The translations under genes and the position numbers were made by a program. A DNA stretch of 64,000 bases, from positions 4,974-68,973 of the forward strand of contig SVJB01000006.1 of NCBI GenBank assembly GCA_015069185.1, in the 5' to 3' direction. The notes below the pieces were generated by a model. The model saw only the letters and a program-made list of their open reading frames with translations, did not search any database and was not told where the DNA came from. Below are positions 59,578 through 64,000 of the stretch, piece by piece. Positions within the stretch are counted from its first letter, which is position 1. Each line of letters opens with the position of its first letter. Source of the DNA: Oscillospiraceae bacterium. GTDB taxonomy: Bacteria; Bacillota; Clostridia; UBA1212; UBA1255.

Positions 59578-60969
59578 TTAATCGTGAAAATATGGATATA
59601 CACCTGTAAAACATCCGTCACAGAATCCACAGTTAATGTCAGGTACAATTTCATTAAGTCTCTCTACAGGGAAATACACTAATGAGTCTGCACCTATCAT
59701 ATCACGAATTTCTTCTACTGTATGCTGGCATGCAAGGAGGTTCTCCTTATCCGGTACATCTGTGCCAAAGTAACATGGCCATGTAAACGGAGGTGACGAT
59801 ATTCTCATATGCACTTCCTTAGCCCCGGCTTCTTTGAGCATATCAACCAATTTGGCACATGTAGTACCGCGAACGATAGAGTCATCAACCATAACAATAC
59901 GTTTGCCCTTTACAGTATCCTTAAGTACGTTAATCTTAAGTCTTACTGCAGTGAGACGCTCTTCTTGTGTAGGTTGTATAAATGTTCTACCTACATAACG
60001 GTTTATAACAAGTCCTTTTCCGTATGGAATACCTGACTCCTGTGCATAACCAATAGCAGCATCAATACCTGAATCAGGTACACCAATAACAAGATCTGCA
60101 TCTACAGGATTAGTCTGAGCAAGAATCTTACCTGTAAGTTTTCTTGCTTCATGAACGCTCATACCTTCAATAACAGAATCGCTGCGTGCAAAATAAATGT
60201 ATTCAAAAATACACATCTTGCACTTCTTCCTATCCATACAATTGTCTGCTATAGTGCGTACACCATTCTTCTTATCAAATATTACAATCTCGCCCGGTGC
60301 TACATCTCTTACGAAATCAGCACGTATTGTATCAAAGGCACACGTTTCTGAGGCAACTACGTATGAATTCTCAATCTTACCGATAGAAAGAGGACGCATT
60401 CCCATAATATCACGACAAGCGATAAGCTTCTTGGGGCTCATAATAACGATTGAATATGAGCCTCTGAGCATTTTCATCACATTAGCAAGTGCGGTCTCTG
60501 TACGTCCTGTTTTAAGACGTTCGCGAGCCAACAGATGCATTACTATTTCAGCATCGGTTGTTGTCTGGAACACTGCTCCTGCCAATTCAAGCTCATGCTT
60601 AAGTTCAAGATAATTGGACAGACAGCCATTCATTGCGAAAGCCATCTGACCTTTTATATATCTGCTGACAAGCGGCTGAGCATTAGGAGCTCCAGTCTCA
60701 CCCTTAGGAGAGTATTTTACATGACCAATTGCCATACGACCCTTAAGTTGACTCAGCACATAATCATTAAACACCTCATGTACAAGTCCGTGATTCTTAT
60801 AGCAATCAATATGAGTATCCTGATTTACAGCAATACCACAGCTCTCCTGTCCTCTGTGTTGCATAGCAAAGAGAGCTGCGTAAGTTATTCTCGCACAGTC
60901 AAATCCGTCATTGTCAAATATACCGAAAACGCCGCATTCTTCTTGTAATTTATTATTATCTATTAACAT
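59578..60969 (-). CDS. purF: Amidophosphoribosyltransferase (variant glutaminase site)
   Basis: Propeptide then CGVFG; QHRGQE, CIFEYIYFAR, VPDSG, VDDSIVRGTT, PCYFG and FCDGCF (Fe-S). Confidence 0.92.
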   Translation of the reverse strand: MLIDNNKLQEECGVFGIFDNDGFDCARITYAALFAMQHRGQESCGIAVNQDTHIDCYKNHGLVHEVFNDYVLSQLKGRMAIGHVKYSPKGETGAPNAQPLVSRYIKGQMAFAMNGCLSNYLELKHELELAGAVFQTTTDAEIVMHLLARERLKTGRTETALANVMKMLRGSYSIVIMSPKKLIACRDIMGMRPLSIGKIENSYVVASETCAFDTIRADFVRDVAPGEIVIFDKKNGVRTIADNCMDRKKCKMCIFEYIYFARSDSVIEGMSVHEARKLTGKILAQTNPVDADLVIGVPDSGIDAAIGYAQESGIPYGKGLVINRYVGRTFIQPTQEERLTAVRLKINVLKDTVKGKRIVMVDDSIVRGTTCAKLVDMLKEAGAKEVHMRISSPPFTWPCYFGTDVPDKENLLACQHTVEEIRDMIGADSLVYFPVERLNEIVPDINCGFCDGCFTGVYPYFHD

Positions 60970-60988
60970 TAATGTTTAATCTCCAAAA

Positions 60989-62362
<1,374 letters not shown>

Positions 62363-62468
62363 TCAAGTAATAAATAAAATACTACTTTGCCAATAGATTT
62401 GTAGTATAGCATATCAAAAAAATCATCGCAATATTTTTCTTGAATTTCAGAGAAAGTATCGGAGCCAA

Positions 62469-62560
62469 TCAAAAACCACAAATTAGTTTTTGAATTTTCA
62501 CGGGCAAGATTCAAAAACCACAAATTAGTTTTTGAATTTTCACGGGCAAGATTCAAAAAC
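62469..62560. repeat. 42-bp tandem repeat (2 exact copies plus a partial) with internal palindrome
   Basis: TCAAAAACCACAAATTAGTTTTTGAATTTTCACGGGCAAGAT at 62469 and 62511; partial TCAAAAAC at 62553. Confidence 0.9.
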
Positions 62561-62647
62561 TAAATTAGATATTTTAAATTATTATTTACGTATTTATATT
62601 GTTGTGTTATTATGTACATAACATAATAATTCAGAAGGAGTTATCAA

Positions 62648-64000
62648 ATGAATAAACAAAGGATGAAACGAATGACCTTTATTTTAGTGCTTATAATGCT
62701 GTTTACAGTAATTACAGAAGCACTTCCTGCAAGAATAGTTGAGGGTAGCGCTCTTAAGACCTTTGATGGTTGGAGCACAGAAGGAGGATATTCTCTTACC
62801 AGCACATGGGTTCATGAAGGAAGCTACGCTTTGGAGCACGAAGGTATCGAATCAGATGCTATTTCTGACCCTATCTTATTGGAAGACGGGGTTACATATT
62901 TCCTGTCTGCAGCGGTACGTCAAGCAGACAGTGATACCAGAGTTACTATCAGTTTTGCAGGAAATAGCACAACCGCTACTACAAAAGGAAAATGGGAAAT
63001 TATTGGTTTCAATGTTCTCGGCAAGGGCGCTGAAGAGAGTATTAAAATAACAGCAAGCGGCAACGCTCACATTGACTCCATTACATTAAATCCGTATATA
63101 GAAGGCGAAAATATTATTGAAAACGGCAATTTTGACGATGAAGATTACGGATGGCTGAACGTCAACAAATTAGAATGTTGTATGGATGTAATCGGAGATC
63201 GCGATGAAATATGTTTGATGACTATGGGAGAACAGGTCGCGACAGCTACTCAGTACTCTTTGGAGATAGAAGCTAACACCTGGTATTTATTGTCTGCTGA
63301 TTTTTATTTAACAAACAGCACAGGAGCTCCTTGGCTATACGTGGACATGAATGATGTAAAAGGTGAATTGCAGATCAGAGGCACACTATCTGAGCAATGG
63401 CAAACAGTATCAGGCCTGTGGTATTCAGGAGACAGAACAATTACTGATATACGTATTGTTGCTGAAAACAACTGGGATCAACCCTTCAAGGATGGAGGAT
63501 TCAACGGCACAGGATATGTTGATAATATCAGTTTAAAAAAAGTCACAGTAGGTGACGACCTTGTTACGGATGAAGGTTTTGAGAACAATGGCTGGCAACT
63601 AAACAAAGGAGCATCAATACAGTCAAAATCCTGGTTTCTGTATGGTAAGAAAAGTCTGAAACTGGAGAACAATGCATCTGCCATTGCAAACGGAGGAAAA
63701 GCAATCAAAGTAGAGCCAAACAGTTATTATTATTTCAGTGCCTGGGCAATACGTCCCGGAAGCAACAAAGTAACCGGCAAGATCACAATCAAGACCCCAG
63801 ACGGAGCTAATGAATTAACCTCGATAACCGGATCCAGATATAACCAGACAATGTGGAATCCCAAAGAAGGAAGGAACGCTGCAGAGAAAGAAACAGCCAC
63901 ATGGGAACAAATCGGTGGATGGTGGTTCTCAGGAGATAATACAGAAGTAATCATATGCGCAGAGTCGACAGGTTCAGGTATTGTTTACTTTGATGATGTA
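62648..64000 (+). CDS. Secreted protein with three tandem CBM4/9-like modules (runs off the right edge)
   Basis: GAAGGAG RBS, ATG 62648, frame open to the end. MNKQRMKRMTFILVLIMLF...; HEGSYAL...HIDSITL; NIIENGNFDD...YVDNISL; LVTDEGFE...YFDDV. Confidence 0.72.
   Translation, partial: MNKQRMKRMTFILVLIMLFTVITEALPARIVEGSALKTFDGWSTEGGYSLTSTWVHEGSYALEHEGIESDAISDPILLEDGVTYFLSAAVRQADSDTRVTISFAGNSTTATTKGKWEIIGFNVLGKGAEESIKITASGNAHIDSITLNPYIEGENIIENGNFDDEDYGWLNVNKLECCMDVIGDRDEICLMTMGEQVATATQYSLEIEANTWYLLSADFYLTNSTGAPWLYVDMNDVKGELQIRGTLSEQWQTVSGLWYSGDRTITDIRIVAENNWDQPFKDGGFNGTGYVDNISLKKVTVGDDLVTDEGFENNGWQLNKGASIQSKSWFLYGKKSLKLENNASAIANGGKAIKVEPNSYYYFSAWAIRPGSNKVTGKITIKTPDGANELTSITGSRYNQTMWNPKEGRNAAEKETATWEQIGGWWFSGDNTEVIICAESTGSGIVYFDDV

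Noticed and set aside
60970-60988. Purine riboswitch or PurR box before purF
   Set aside because: The gap after gdhA is only 19 bp, leaving no room
62469-62560. CRISPR array
   Set aside because: The units are directly adjacent with no unique spacers, and there are no cas genes

Overview
Chromosomal window from a spore-forming, low-GC Bacillota (Clostridia) genome, based on the CotS-like gene, the gerA-type receptor operon and typical AGGAGG ribosome-binding sites. Housekeeping genes: serA, lepB, coaX, typA-mltG-trmR-U32 peptidase, glnA, gdhA, purF, hisH, the germination operon and a RelBE-type toxin-antitoxin pair. These are interleaved with two large carbohydrate-utilisation loci (about 10.6-24.0 kb and 30.5-50.5 kb), each with an AraC regulator and a shared promoter motif readable in the DNA. 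The main candidates for new biology are: (1) a glycan-to-L-xylulose regulon with three unclassified (alpha/alpha)6-type hydrolases, an uncharacterised cupin isomerase, L-xylulokinase, a 3-epimerase and a 4-epimerase but no decarboxylase, suggesting an L-pentose substrate; (2) a Cys-containing C-terminal sorting signal that alternates with a sortase-like PxTGDFG signal on paralogous surface proteins; (3) an ECF sigma factor whose putative anti-sigma is fused to a serpin; (4) three paralogous membrane-anchored GH71/99-like enzymes plus shuffled unnamed modules. No rRNA, tRNA, CRISPR array or transposase was seen. All family calls come from motif recognition by eye, not from database searches.
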